Of a stretch of DNA of 64,000 nucleotides, positions 1 through 15,800 are shown piece after piece. Origin of the DNA: Tubulanus polymorphus (lineage: Eukaryota; Animalia; Nemertea); NCBI RefSeq assembly GCF_964204645.1, contig NC_134028.1:4030001-4094000 (forward strand), written 5' to 3'. Positions within the stretch are counted from its first letter, which is position 1, and each line of letters starts with the position of its first letter. The position numbers were made by a program, and so were the translations under genes. The notes under the pieces were generated by a model. It had not been told where the DNA came from. It was given only the letters and a program-made list of their open reading frames with translations, and made no database searches.

Positions 1-100
1 ACCATTGGGTTATGCACTTCTCGGTTTCGGGGGAAAATAGGCAGTCAAGGTATTAAAACCGGTTCGGGGTAAACAACCGTAGTTCGCGAAGAAAAACTTA

Positions 101-2182
<2,082 letters not shown>

Positions 2183-2458
2183 GATGCCGTTGTTGCCTGT
2201 TGCTGCTGTTGGTGGTGATAGTTGTGGAGAGGAGGTGTCGGTGACCGTGCTGCGTTCTCGGTGCTGGTTCGTAGGGCTCGATACCGGAGTTTTCTGCTGG
2301 GACACGGTCACTTTCACGTGTTTACTCGCGATGCGCCCAATTTCTGCAGTATATCCCCCTGCTTGCAGGGGATCACCACTCCTAAACGAGTCAATGGACG
2401 ACTGATTTTTGTTGGAAATCAAATCGGAGAAATTTTTTGCGGCCGCGACGAAAATAAA

Positions 2459-2471
2459 CAAGATGGCCGCC
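2459..2471 (+). promoter_or_regulatory. YY1-like motif in the CpG-rich USP7 promoter/5' region
   Basis: CAAGATGGCCGCC about 280 bp upstream of the USP7 ATG, in a locally GC/CpG-rich stretch. Confidence 0.45.
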
Positions 2472-4480
2472 AATATTGTGGTCCGAATTGCAGCATGGGA
2501 AAATCTAATTAATTTAGCCTAGCAAAATCATGTTCTTTATGCATTAATCGATTTATTCTCATTACAGTCATTTCTAGATGGTTATCAGATAGCTACATTT
2601 TTAAAGCTTCAAAGCTCAAAATAGTATATTTGATAAAATCAGCTATGCAGTAGTTCGGTTTAAAGTTGATAGATGGCGAACTACTCGTTTCAATCTAAAA
2701 TTTTCGATTCACTATTGTCCTCGTTATACCGCAATTCAATTTGAGCTCTAAAAATGGATCCGTTGTCGCAAGAAACACCTAAACAAAACCTAGCCCGAAT
2801 ACCAAACGAACTAAAAGATTCTCCCAAGAATTCCTTTCGGAAAGAATGGATATTGATACTAGACTAAACAAAACCTTCAGGAATAAAAAAAAATTAAAAA
2901 GTTCCCATAAAAATTTCCCTTTATTTTTCATTCACATTTGCAAAATTACACAAATCATATCATTACAGTTTCACCAATATTTCTTATACAACGCAATCTA
3001 GAAAGAATGACAGCTGAATTAACATCGGCGATATAAAGGCACATTCAAGATATATATCTCAGAAATCGTTTCTAGTGAAACAGTAAATATATCCCGACAC
3101 TTTTATATCTCGCATTAACAACAAAATAGCAAATAAATTAATAACTTCTGATTAATGATGTACAATTTCAGATAGCTATGTTACTATTGAAGTCATTTCC
3201 ACTTGCGAACTGCGTACATTTCTCAAACACAGTTTAATTAAACCTGTGGTTGATAAATTGTTAATCCCCTCCCCCTTTACCAACAATACTTCATAAATCA
3301 ATGACTCTTATCACTCAGTCTATTAATATTAACACTGACATACTCGCACACAAGCGCACTAAAGCCACTAATCTTGCCCGATATCCAAAATGACCGAAAA
3401 TGACAGAGTCCTTCGATGTTGTTTTGAGGTATTTTCAACAATCATTGAGTATCATTTTAAAGGCTTTCGACTCAAGCTTACAACATTCATTTTGACAAGA
3501 AAAATGACGAAAACAAAAAAAATAAATAACATACCGAGGACGTTTAACAAAACCAGGGCAATCTATGATTCAATATGTGAAAAACCAATCTATCACCTTC
3601 ATCTTGGCAAAATGCAGTAGTAAGGCCAACATGAAGTTATACATAGATTGGTGTTTTTAGAGTCAGTGAATCTTGTGTCCCCAAGTATAGGTACCCTGTT
3701 TTGAGCCTACTGGTTAACAAAAACACCTAAAAGGCAGTTCAAATACACATATGAACCGCTAAGATTTTTCTCAATTCTTCCCTTCATATTTACCCAATTC
3801 CTCAATCAAATATATTATGAGAATAAACAGTTTTTGAAATACCCGAACTGTTTGTTTTCGCGTTAAGAGTTTGATTGATAAATCAATACATTACAGACCC
3901 TCCCACTGAATGAAAAAATGAAGTATTTACAATTAGTTTGACTGGGTAACGAGGACCAGAAAAACCTCACTTACAACTACAACGTACTGTTAGCCGTCTG
4001 GAGCGATAGCTTTAAATTGAACAAAAATAATCCAAATTCAACTAAAAAAATATTTCCCTAAATTGATAATTGATATTTTTTAGTAATTGGCAACTGCAAT
4101 ACACACAAAACGACTAGAAATAGAAATAATGATAGTTAGTATTGATAATAGGAGTAGCTTGTACGTAAACATATTTATCACAGTTTTACTCTTTCAAATA
4201 GTTATTTCAACACATTGAGTCAACATGAACTTCATCATTAATTATCTGCCCTTTAACTTAAGACCTCTGCAGCTCCAATACAAGTGTCTTTCATATGTTT
4301 TTGTGAATGTAAATTAATCGAAGCAGAATGAATAAATGAATTTGTGAAAATAAACTCAAAAGCCTTGTCACAGTTCATACGTAGCCTCAACGTTTTCCAA
4401 ATATATTCAAATTTTTCCATTTACATACGTAGGTCAACCTCCCTCTGCAGGGATTTGCAGCAAGACTCTTCTACAATACA

Positions 4481-4682
4481 AAACCCTGCCACACTAGCCC
4501 ATGTGCCAGATACATAGGCGGCTTAGATGATGTCATTATTAGCCAATCAGAAATCACGTTTCATTTTAGCCGGGTTTTATCTGTGAAATTTATCTCAACA
4601 ATTATACAACAGACAATCTGATTGGTACCGCAAGTTTTCTTGCAGCAAAAACCTACACACCCGGTCTAGTGTGACAGGGTTT
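4481..4682. mobile_element. MITE-like inverted-repeat element in the presumed HAPSTR1 3' UTR
   Basis: Termini AAACCCTGCCACACTAG ... CTAGTGTGACAGGGTTT; internal CCAATCAG / CTGATTGG inverted pair. Confidence 0.55.
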
Positions 4683-6003
4683 CGTGCCGTGACCGGGTCT
4701 AGTGATTATACCATCAGGTTCAAATACCTGCCGAGGGATAATGTGTACATGGTAAACTGATTTAGGATGTTGCAGTGAAATGTCGCTGACAAGACACTTC
4801 TCACTTTTTTGAGAAATTTGATGAACTGCTTTGAATGAGAAACTGTGCTTGGTTTTGTGAATATACAGTAAAGGAATAAGATTTGTTCACATATTATCAA
4901 AGACCGAGATGTTGCAGGTCAGGCAACAAACGGTTGAATTAAAAAGGGCATTAGCCGAAACAACTTTGCTTAAGTAACAACGTACAAATAGTTTTTTTTC
5001 TCAGTTCACAATAATACATTCAAAACCATCACAATAATGCTCATTTCTACATGTTAGATCATTACAGCAAAGATGAACAATCTGCGTAATACATTATCAT
5101 CAATTGACTGTGTATATATTGGTCTAATACAGGTAAAATAACCGGCATATCCTACGAGAAAGTCAGCCAATATGTGCCCACAACTCGGCCAATACGAGGA
5201 AAATGTGGTTTTGTTGCTCACTCAGACCAATAGAAATGGCCAGTTGATTTGTCAATTAATTTCATATTTTCTAACTTATCGAGTGTAAGTCTGTCAATAC
5301 GGCAGTTTAATATGAAAATAGCCATTAGAAATAAACTCAATCATCATTGGCAATTTTTGATTGTTCATCTTAAATACACGTAAGTCAAACCCGCTTGTAA
5401 AGCTGGACACAGTTACACAGCTCTCGATGAAATTAGGTAGCATTATTTCAACTCCGGGTGGGTTTCATTTTTACTTAAAAAAAAAAGAAGAAATATTCGA
5501 TAGTACTGTACAATTTGCCGTTTCAATCCACAACATGTAATGAAAAGCAGTGGCAAGAATATTCATTGACTATTGATTAAAGCATAGACACATCTTTACG
5601 TACATCTATGCGCACAAATTGATTCTGCTTACACCAACAAACCTAGAAAACAAAATCTTATTTGAGATTGAATAAACTCAAAAGATTCGTAACAGCCTCT
5701 TTGGTCGCCTGTAAGACACAATTTTGAAATTTCACCATGTTATTCGTTTATCAGAAATAAAAAAATTCGATTTTAGTTTCTCCTAGAATTCAACGTTGGG
5801 CCGCAACTTGTGAAATATCGGCGAAATCTTGACAACTATTAGAGGCATTTGACGCCAAAATCTCCTTCACAAATAACAATAATAATCATTAGACATATTT
5901 CTCATTTCAACACATATACGTATATAATCTAAATTAACTATGATCATTTTGTACAACATGAGTTTCGATCTCAATGAGCCGACCGGTCCGAATATACGCG
6001 CAA

Positions 6004-8890
6004 CTAATATAGTCTGCTTCGTTTTCTGCCAGGAGAGTCCATGATGACGTCATTCGGGGACGCCGATCGCTTGCGTTCGTTGTGCCGTGAAAATTCGTTC
6101 ATAATAAAACAGTTCAAATCGTCGATATTATTGCGAGACGCCGGACGATACTCAACGCTGACGTTCGACATCGCTCCGTTTAACCCTGAAAATATTCAAT
6201 AAGATCAGATCGTTAATATAAGTGATTCATGTGATCATGTGATCCATACAGGGCCCCTACAGGTACTGATTTAGGTTTAGTTTTCTGTATAACTTTCTAA
6301 AATTGCCTATTTCTCAAAATTGAGCATTTATTACGTACGCATGAAATTTGAATTTTCAACCCCCCACTCCCCCTGTACGCAATATCGGCCATTTTATCAT
6401 ATACATTAAGCATTACAGTACGAAATTGCACTGACCCCTACCCCTCCCCTAATGCATACGTTATAAATGAATGACCCCGAAAGGAGTTTCAAGGACATTC
6501 AAAGGTATTTTCAGTTTAGAAGTAGTTTTTAAGGAATCCAGGAGTCATAGAGACCATTCCATAGTTCTTTTATCTAGAGTGAAAGCTAGTTTCAACTCCA
6601 TTCCTTCACAGGGAAAATCATTTAACACCTGACATTAACACAAGCATAGAACTTCCTGTATTTTATTGTTCGTGATAAACACCCGTTGAAAAGCTACTAT
6701 GCCATCTGACAATAAGGTAACATTTTCTGGTAAATTCACTGGACCTTCGCAGACAGTAAGGTCTCTCAACTGCTGCCCTTAATATTACAGTAGAGCCCGC
6801 TTAATTCCGATCATTTGGTATGAACAAAATTCATCTGGTTTAGGGAAAATCTGGATTCTAAGTCATTTTCTTGTATATTAATGAACAAACAGACTGCGAA
6901 TTATGTCCAGATTATTGTCCAAAATTCAGACCAAGCAGTTAATGGGTAGAATGTATTTTAGTTCGTTGAGGTAAGAAATTGATGATTTAATTAAGGCGGT
7001 CTGACAAAACACTTTAACATATGGCTGCAGTCAAGAAAGTATTAATAAAAATTGTAGTATGAACTATTTGATAGTGAGAGGACCGTAATAGGATTATATT
7101 TTCTCAAGTCCCGATGTTGGCGTTTTGACTGTAGGTATATCATATCACAATAATACATACCTTGCAGAGCTAGAGCGTCCCTAAACGGCTGTAAATCAGG
7201 CTCCTCGACGTGAGTCTCGACAGCGACCTGCGACGGCTGACGGAGCGGGGATGACCGGCCCGGAGGTCGAGCGCACGTAGCCGATGGTTTGTGTCGGGGA
7301 GGCGGAGTTTTACCGCATAAAAACGCGACCAACTCCTCGCGTCTGATGTGACGTCGTCTTTTTTTCACCCAACTCAAAATGTCTTTCGTACGTTTTTGTT
7401 GCCCGTAGTGATACGCCAGATCAGCGGCACGCCGGTTACTTTCTACACTATCTGTAAATTCGCATCGAAAACAAATAAACCAAATTAGTCAAAACATGTT
7501 CTTGCCAAAGTCGGGTATAACAGGGTGACCACTTATATTAGATATTCCTGACTACTCCCCGACATGCACGTTGGTTTCCCTGACTTGATCTGCTTAAAAT
7601 CCAATCAGTTAATACATTCAAATACAGAAGACATAGATGAGACTGTTTGATCTTATGCGCGATCTAGCAATCTCAACAATGACTTTTTAGTTTTTACACA
7701 AAATTCCCTGACTTTCCCCGAGTTCCAGGTAAGTGGCCACCCGCTACAATCCAAAATAGTGGCATCTTATTCATCTACCTTTGTACAGCAATGTGACAGC
7801 ACTAGCAGCATTTTGGAATGGTATCCAAATAGAGAGACCTTGTCTTGAATCTGAAAACAAATATACAACAAATACTTGAACAAGTAAATAACTGATGGTT
7901 TTAGTTAGTGTAGGGTTTTTCAATGAATTACGGTCAAAACGTCCGCATGCCAAAACGTCCACCTGTCAAAAACGTCCTCAGCTTAGTCCTCTCCACTCTC
8001 AATCAATGGTAGTAGAGAGAGGGCGGCACCTTACAATAATCACCTATAGGAACCTTGATGTTCTAAAAAATCTAACTTTTAAGCTGGCTGAATTTATCAA
8101 ATTAGGTCGTGATGTATTTAGATCCCTCCTCCGATAGTATGTAATTAGTATGCTGTAAATAACGTTTGTCTTAAGTTTTAAATACTTTTATTTTCTGTTT
8201 TTGTAAATGATTGATCAATGCCTCATACGCAGGTCATATATTTAGCTTATAACTCAGATTTAACAGTAGTAATAACTATATGCATCGACGGAATTTATTG
8301 TATGATAAAAATATTCTGGCGCCAGTGAGGACGTTTTGACCGACGAGAGTGAGGACATTTTGACCGGGTATGCGAGGACGTTTTGACATGAGGACGTTTT
8401 TTCAACGACTGAGACAAGACAAAGCCATGGCAGTAGGATAACGTATCATTGGAACATCAATTATTTCTATAAAACAAAGGTCCCATGATATTCAAGTTCG
8501 TTCCCCTCTTTCTGACCCCTTATGATCAATCATTGCTTTTTTGTCTTGCAGTGGGACGCAGTCGAGTCTGGTACTGACTGGTGTATGTTACGTTACGATA
8601 CGTTGGTGGTACGTAAGTAGGCCTTTGAGCTAAATCAATCAGATTTACTAATTTTCAGAAACATAAAATAAATAAATCAGTGTATTACCCTTGTATAACT
8701 GAGCTACGGACGCCGCTGAATTCTGGAATGAAAACCACATTTTCTGAGTCGAGTGTTCACTTGCCAGTTTCTCCTCGGCGATATTATTCGGATCACTGGA
8801 ATTGTTCTCGAATTCTTCAATGCACTGCAACTCCCAATTCGTCATCCAACACGAATTGTTTTGATCTAAAACGTGGCTATCGTCGGCCAT
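6004..8890 (-). CDS. HAPSTR1: HUWE1-associated protein modifying stress responses (C16orf72/TAPR1)
   Basis: Exons 8689-8890, 7779-7850, 7161-7451 and 6004-6185, all GT-AG and in frame. Contains WELQCIEE, two WxxFQNxAxxVxxLYK repeats, WVKKRRRHIRREELVAFLCGKTPPPR, DLQPFRDALALQGLNGAM and a C-terminal NLS-like DVIMDSPGRKRSRLY. Confidence 0.93.
6325..6478. mobile_element. MITE, family GGGGTCATTCATTTATTACGTACGCA, copy 1 (left end truncated), within HAPSTR1 intron 3
   Basis: CATTTATTACGTACGCA ... TGCATACGTTATAAATGAATGACCCC; closely similar to 10855-11023. Flanks resemble the reverse complement of the element at 26207-26575. Confidence 0.7.
7521..7742. mobile_element. MITE with CAGGGTG(G/A)CCACTT termini
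   Basis: CAGGGTGACCACTT ... AAGTGGCCACCCG; internal TTCCCTGAC repeats that also occur at about 830-950. Confidence 0.55.
7931..8400. repeat. Foldback-type element with subterminal AAAACGTCC arrays
   Basis: Three AAAACGTCC copies at 7936-7980 and four inverted GGAC(G/A)TTTT copies at 8329-8400. Confidence 0.6.
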
Positions 8891-10854
8891 TTCTTCTATA
8901 TTTCAGTTTTCCGTTATGATTCTCCCTTCTATCCGGCTGTTTAAGGAGGAATATGCTGATTAAAGAGGTTTATTCCAACCTCACAATTTCGAGATTTTCT
9001 CCAGCCTTGTTTACTAGGTCATACAGCGCAGGCGCAAGCAGCTGTTCAACCATTCACTTCCGTTACCCATGGTTTGTTTCGAAGGTGGCAGCACGAGCCG
9101 GTCACTTGAAATCTCAAAACCCTGATCCATCGAAAAGGCTCTTAGCTCTTTACACGGCAGCTTTTTCTTCTCTTATATAGCTTCATTGTTGATTGAACTG
9201 TTATCAGTGTTCGTCGACTCACTGATTAAAAAAAAAAAAAAGACGCTGTGGGACAATGCCCAACTACGGGTCCTCCACATTACTCTAAAGAAGAAGAAGA
9301 AGAAGAAGAACTGTGCGTTTGAAATAAACATAAATGACTGATTACTCGCATGCCGCAATAGGAATACCAACACATCTCAACCAGCACGTGCTGCCTCCTG
9401 ATAAAATGTGAATACTCTCGCGTGCCAGTTCTGCTGTCGTGTCAGTTCACACATCCACCGTTATCGCTATATAACCAGGCAGCAATTGACGGTTAGGCCA
9501 TGACTCTGGCGGCGGGCCGGGTGCTCTGAAAAATATCTCGAACTGATATTGCCTAGGGGTTGTTCAAAACTATTATGTAACTCTTTGGAACATTCTTAAT
9601 TCAGTGAGTAATTCAGTGAGTCTGATTACTCCAAGGTTAAAGAAACTATCACTGCTGATTGGGAGAGGGGGTGTATAACATGTGTTATACTATAGGGCCG
9701 GGTATTGCCAGTTGCAGGGTGGAAAGATTTCCCCAAATTTTTGAACAGCCCCTATGGTAGAAATTGGGGGTATTGATTTCCAGCTTCAGTAATCGACATG
9801 TTCCCCAAATTTTATTTTGTTGCATGTAAGTTTGCAATCCTTGATGACGCTGACGTCATCAATCACATTGGATAGTGCATTGATATACCTAATCGCCAGC
9901 GCCACGGCGAAAATACTACACAGCAGGTGTTTTTCAAGTGCTTTGAATCGATGAGTTTCATCATTGCACACCGGCGAGCTTTAGATATTATAACAGTATA
10001 CATTGTTTTTACCCAATACACACCTTATGAAAATATTTTATCGCATTCAATTTCTCGATCATGAAAAAATAACGGTTTGGAGATTTTGAATGATCGACGG
10101 TCATTTTAACAGAGTGCTTTTCTAAGAGTCGAATCGGGATGATCATCAGAGGAGTTTCCGCGGGGTCTTAAAGCGGAGAAAATGCAATTTCAATCCAAAA
10201 AACGTCCTGGTATTTTCATTTGTCATGATTGCAATTCTAGATTCGTAAATAACACGGGCGAAATTCAATGACTCTATTCAAGTGTACGTACATGTACTGA
10301 ATGCATTCCCCCGAGTTTAAAAAAAAAGTCAATGCGATTTAAATGGTACGTTTGAGTAATCCGGTTCGAAACAATCAAAATTCGTACGAAATAAGTTAGT
10401 AACCTATCGATTAAAACTAATACATGTTAGTTAAGTGGCCCTTTTTAATTCTCGAGTCGGCGTTTGAAAAAAAAGTTTGGCACTTAATTGGGGACATTAC
10501 AAAGAGCACGGTAGCAGACTTAAGAAAATTCAAGTGTCTGGAATCATTTCAATGGTGGAATGAAATCGGGCACATATTCCATTACATTTCACCATTTACT
10601 TAAAATCGGGCATATATTTCTTCAAGTATACGTCGGCAATTTTTCTCCAATATCCCCCAGCATTCACTTGGAATGTTTAGGCTTTTGTTTTGATATTGAT
10701 AATTGAACAGGTCAGGATATGGGCATCCTCTTCTATGCAAGTTTTGATATATTAGTGAGTGCAAGTATAGGCAGATCAGTGTTCACCTTGATGGCACATG
10801 TATATATGTATTTGAAGTTTGGATAGTGACGCGTAGATCGTCCAGTATCCAGTA

Positions 10855-11023
10855 CGGGATCATTGATTTATTACGTACGCATAAAATTTGAATTTTTCGA
10901 CCCCCCCTCCCCCCCCCCTGTACGCAAAATCAGCCATTTTTTCGTATACATTAAACATTACAGTACGCAATTGCACTGACCCCTCCCCCTCCCCTAATGC
11001 GTACGTAATAAATGAATGACCCC
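10855..11023. mobile_element. MITE, family GGGGTCATTCATTTATTACGTACGCA, copy 2 (near complete)
   Basis: GGGATCATTGATTTATTACGTACGCA ... TGCGTACGTAATAAATGAATGACCCC, flanked by TA on both sides. Confidence 0.75.
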
Positions 11024-12364
11024 TACCTAAGATATTGGCAGATCTCTCTATCCACTAACTCCGAGCCACTTTGCTTAATGGCGCTTGTTCTAAAATGTTA
11101 TCCATTTCCTATCAGCTTACAGAAATTCGACAATTCACGATGACATGAACAGCCAGAAAGTAGCAGCAACTAGGAGCTTAATTTCCCAACTCAGACTTTG
11201 TAACCAAGTAATAGATCGATAAAGCTCCTCTGTTTTCAATCACGAAAATCCTCTTGGAAATGAAGTCATAAAAATCAACTGCACTTAGTATACTTTAGAA
11301 AAAAACACTGCAAAATTTATTACATACTTTCATCATTTCAATATAATACAGAAAACGATAAATTATGATCGATATCATGTATAAAAATTCATCTATCATT
11401 AAATACATTGAATTTGTGTGAAGCTAGGAGAAAATAACTACTGATCAAGAGCAATTATACATTTACAGCAATTGATTGAAAATTAGTATAAATATGGTGG
11501 TAATACTAATTGCTCCAATAATACATAGTTATTAAAATCTAGCATATTGTTTCAATGAACAGCAGTAAATGCAAAGATAGAATCACTCCATCAATCTATG
11601 AAAATGTGCTACAATTTGAGGTCAAACATATGGAAAAATGATGTAGATCAACTTAAGACTGGTACACTTCAAATATACAGTTTACTGGTTATATCAAATT
11701 TAGATGAAAAATTGTGTCGAAAAATGAACAATAACTATTATTACTATCAGCTAAAGCTATGCATCAAATGGCCGTAGTCCAGCTAATCCCACTGAATTTC
11801 TTCGGCAACTTAAGCATATTTTACTGTTCTGATGAAGGCCTATATGATGGCTGTTACACAGGACTTTCTTTCAGTGAAATAATAAATAATTCAAAGCTCA
11901 TACATACCGATCAATAGCAATTAACAGAGTCTTGAGTATCGATTTAAACTGAATTGAGAGTTGATAATGAACAAACCATTAATAGAGCAGGGCCGTACCT
12001 AGCAGCATTCGAATGTAGGGGGCAGAAAAATCCGAAAAAAGGGCAACTAAAGTCAAAAACTGATATAAAAAAAACTCTGCTTAGGCTTATAACAAAAATA
12101 TGCTTGTCAGTTGTCAGTCCCAAGTGAAGGATTCTACATTGAATTTCTATTGGATAGAACAATGATATTTGCAAAAAGGGGACTTTCCAAAATATTTGGA
12201 GGTAATTGCCCCCTACCCCAGCTATGTATGGCCCCGTAGAGGTAATGATACAGATAATATACTGAAGTGGTCCGAAAAAATATCTTCACAGTCTTAATTA
12301 TTACCTGTATTGGATGTTACATAACAAACGGTTGAAATGATGGAAGACAATACATATAGGAGTT

Positions 12365-12652
12365 AAGGGTGGATTTAGGGGGTGGACCGTGTGCACTGGT
12401 CTAGACCCTTCAAAATTGCCCCCATATAGTCTGTAAAATATATTTTGCAAACACAATTTTTTCAAGATGAAAAAGTAATTCTAATTGGCCCTGGTAAGAG
12501 CCAGAAAGCCCCTTTTTGTCCCAAATGTTCTGTTGGAGGGTCGCCAAGGTTTCATGCCTGAAGCCCTCGAATTAAAAAATCTGCCCTTTTGAAATTAAGT
12601 GCCCATTCAAATTTTCAGGTCCACCCCTTCTAAGGATCCTAGATCCGTCCTT
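12365..12652. mobile_element. Dispersed AGGGGCGGATCTAG-type inverted-repeat element
   Basis: AAGGGTGGATTTAG ... CTAGATCCGTCCTT; related copies at 29704-29961, about 38616-38872 and about 54696-54916. Confidence 0.5.
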
Positions 12653-12811
12653 TTGAAGTCTCTCGTACTGATCTGTATAGATCATACAGGATTGTAGTGT
12701 TATCACCGGGTTATACTTAATTAAAGGAAACCATCGTTAATTACGCATTATGCATAATGATAGTAACAATGCTGTATATGTATATAATACAGTTCTGATC
12801 AATACTGTTTG

Positions 12812-15800
12812 TCATAGATATGAATCAACAACTGTTCCCGGTTTATGTATGATGTCTTTGCGTCTCTGAACGGCGTCGAGTATTTTCCGTCGCGGACCCA
12901 ACGGAACACCGATCTCCTTCAAATCGTCGTCCGTACACAACAACAACGCGTCCAAATCGATCTTTTCACGCGTCAACAGCGAGAGGAACTCGGCGAGATT
13001 GTTCGCGACGAGGAACAACTCCAACGACGAGCTTTCAGTCGACTCCGCGTCGTCGTCTAAACTCTCCACTTCATCGTCGTCCCACGGTAAATCTTTCACT
13101 CGTACGGCGAGACTTCCTAACGTACCTATACTCAAATTATCCCTCACACCGTTCGTTACCGAGTTCACTCCGTAACCATGACCTCTAGAAGTCGACGGAA
13201 CGGGGTCATGGCCGTTCAAGCGGGTTTTTCCGTCGTCGAATGTATCGTCGTCGATTTCGACGTCCTCGCGTTTAATCGGAATCGACAGCATCGCGCCGAC
13301 GGTCGGTCGACTGAAAAACGCAAAACTACCGAATCCGGGACGTTCGAATAAACTCGCCGATTCGATCGCTGGATTCGTCGTCGCCGAATCGAAAGAATCG
13401 ACGCCCGAATCGTCGTTGAATTCCGGCTCGCTTTGCGACCTCGACACGTTGCTTTTACCGTCGAAAACGTCGCTGAGTCTGCGGCGGCGCTGATTTCCGT
13501 TCGACGTCGAATCCGTTTCATCCATCGTCGAATTCTTAACGTACAAAACTTCCGAATCGCGTCGTAATCCTTTTAAAGATCGCACGGATTTTCGACCGCC
13601 GCCGCCTCCGTCGTTTTCTAAAATCTTAAAATCGCCGTTCACGATCGTACCACCGCTGCCCACGTTGTTCTTTTTATTCATGACCCGTTTCGCGACTCCA
13701 CTCGTCGGGTTGTGACTCTTTTTCGAGTCGCGTCCGATGCCGTTAATCGTGAAATAATCCGAGTATAATTTCGGTTGTGTTGCGACTTTTTTCGGCTGCA
13801 GCGTATTCAAACCTTTACGTAAAAGGCTTCCATTTTGTACCTGATTCGATTTCACGTTCGATACGTCCATTAATTCGCGTTGATGAGCCAACATTTTATC
13901 CTCTTTCAGCGCTTTTTTCCCGGCTTTCGTCTGCAGTTTGTTGTAATGTTTAATCCGTTTTTGCGCCGATAAAATCGCTTTCTCTTTCAGTTTTTGTACG
14001 ACTTTACGATTGCGCGCCGATTGCTGAGCGACGACCATGTCCATGTATTTCACTATTTCCATGTGCTCGTTACAGGCCGCGATGTCCAACGCCGTGTGAA
14101 AATCATTGTCCAGAGACCATAAGTTAGCCCCGAAATTCACGAGGAACGAAACGCAGTTCATGTGTCCATTTGCAGCCGCACAGTGTAGGGCTGAATTACC
14201 GAGTAAATCAGCTTTGTCCGGATTACCGCTGAAATAAGACGATAAAGCATGTGTAAAATTAAAGGACTATCAATCAACTATTTGACAATCATCATAAGTT
14301 CTGAAAGATCTGATAGGCTGTGGTGAGAGCCTGTGACAGGCATTGCTGTAGGTTTTGGTTATGGTTTTGGTTTTGGTGTCGTTTGTAGAAATTTCTTTTC
14401 AGGGGTCTACGCCTATACGGGGTTATCTAATTTTCATCTAATATGCGCATCAAACTCTTCTCAGATTTTGTTTTGGATTACGTATTCAGAGGAATAGTAA
14501 ATGCTAATTCACTTCAAACATTCATCTGAAAGTTTTCAATAGATTACACTGACGTCTGTAACATTCGACATACAAACACCTTAGAAACCAATAAAATGTA
14601 ACAACTGTAGCCTATAATATCTATTGAATCAGAAGACTTTCCTCTTCTATGAATTATTGAAGTGTTCCATAGAATTGCTAGTGATCTCACCGACACTGTT
14701 GCCAACCGCCAACCTTGCCATTGGCAATTGGTGAATCATCATAGGACATTAATTCTGTTATTTAATATGCATGAAGGTTTACATACATGTGTAAATACAT
14801 AAAAGCTACGCCAGTCAATGTCGCCCACAGTCGACTTATATATCAGTGTGCATATAATGTGTGCCTGTTAGTTTTACTGCATGACAATAATAAGTATTAA
14901 CTATGAAAGTACAGCAAATGACACGCTCACTAAGTGTGAATGATTAGAAATGAATTTTTTCCCCAAAACATTTCGTCTTCTTGTCAACTTAGTTCTGGAT
15001 CGGACAATTTGTTTATTATACCTATAGGCTTAGTACCTTTGGCGGACGATCTTTCACATTCGTTGCTCCTGCCCTTTGAAATGCTCTACCCAAAAAGATT
15101 TGTCATGAACCCGATTTGGAAAAATTCAAAAGCCTGTTTATTCGATTACTTTAAGGCGTCTTTGAACTTTGAATTGCAGTGAAATCGGTGCCATGTAAAT
15201 ACCATTTCATCATCATAGTGTGAAGTTGCAAATAAATGCTTCTTCCTCATGAAAACCTCAAACATTTTGGTATCGCAATATACCAGAGAAAATTCAGAGA
15301 AAATTACCACACAAATAACCAGTGATTAATGTAATCAATCCTTTTCACGTTCGGTTAATTGAAAATCAATGAAGCAATCAATACGTTCAGCGATGAATTT
15401 TTGACAGGTCGAAGTTTTCTATTTCACATTCCAAACATTAATTGGATATTTGTATACAATACCGTCACATTTCATAACGTGGCATTCATTTTAGCACATG
15501 GCCATCTAATTCTAGTTAGAATGCAGATCTTTGCACAAGTCATGAAAGATATTCATGTACATGTAATGTATTAAGTTAACATTAAAACGTTAGAAATCAT
15601 ATTTGATATGTTTTTTGACTGAATTTTTACTGGAATATCACACATCTAGTTTCATCATACAGCAGCAGATCCAGATCTACCATATTGTTTATAATTAGAC
15701 TCTACATTTGGAAGTGACCTTATCAACCTAAACCAAGGCCCCCCTTAACCGCCCCAGCATTATGCGGCTATGATACAGCCATGTCATTTGAGTTGGCCCT

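Noticed and set aside
7931-8400. CRISPR-like short repeats
   Set aside because: Eukaryotic intron; repeats are 9-10 bp, irregularly spaced and inverted, typical of transposon subterminal arrays.
7779-8760. Internal repeat WxxFQNxAxxVxxLYK on consecutive HAPSTR1 exons, resembling mutually exclusive exons
   Set aside because: Both repeats are present in tandem in human HAPSTR1; known constitutive feature.
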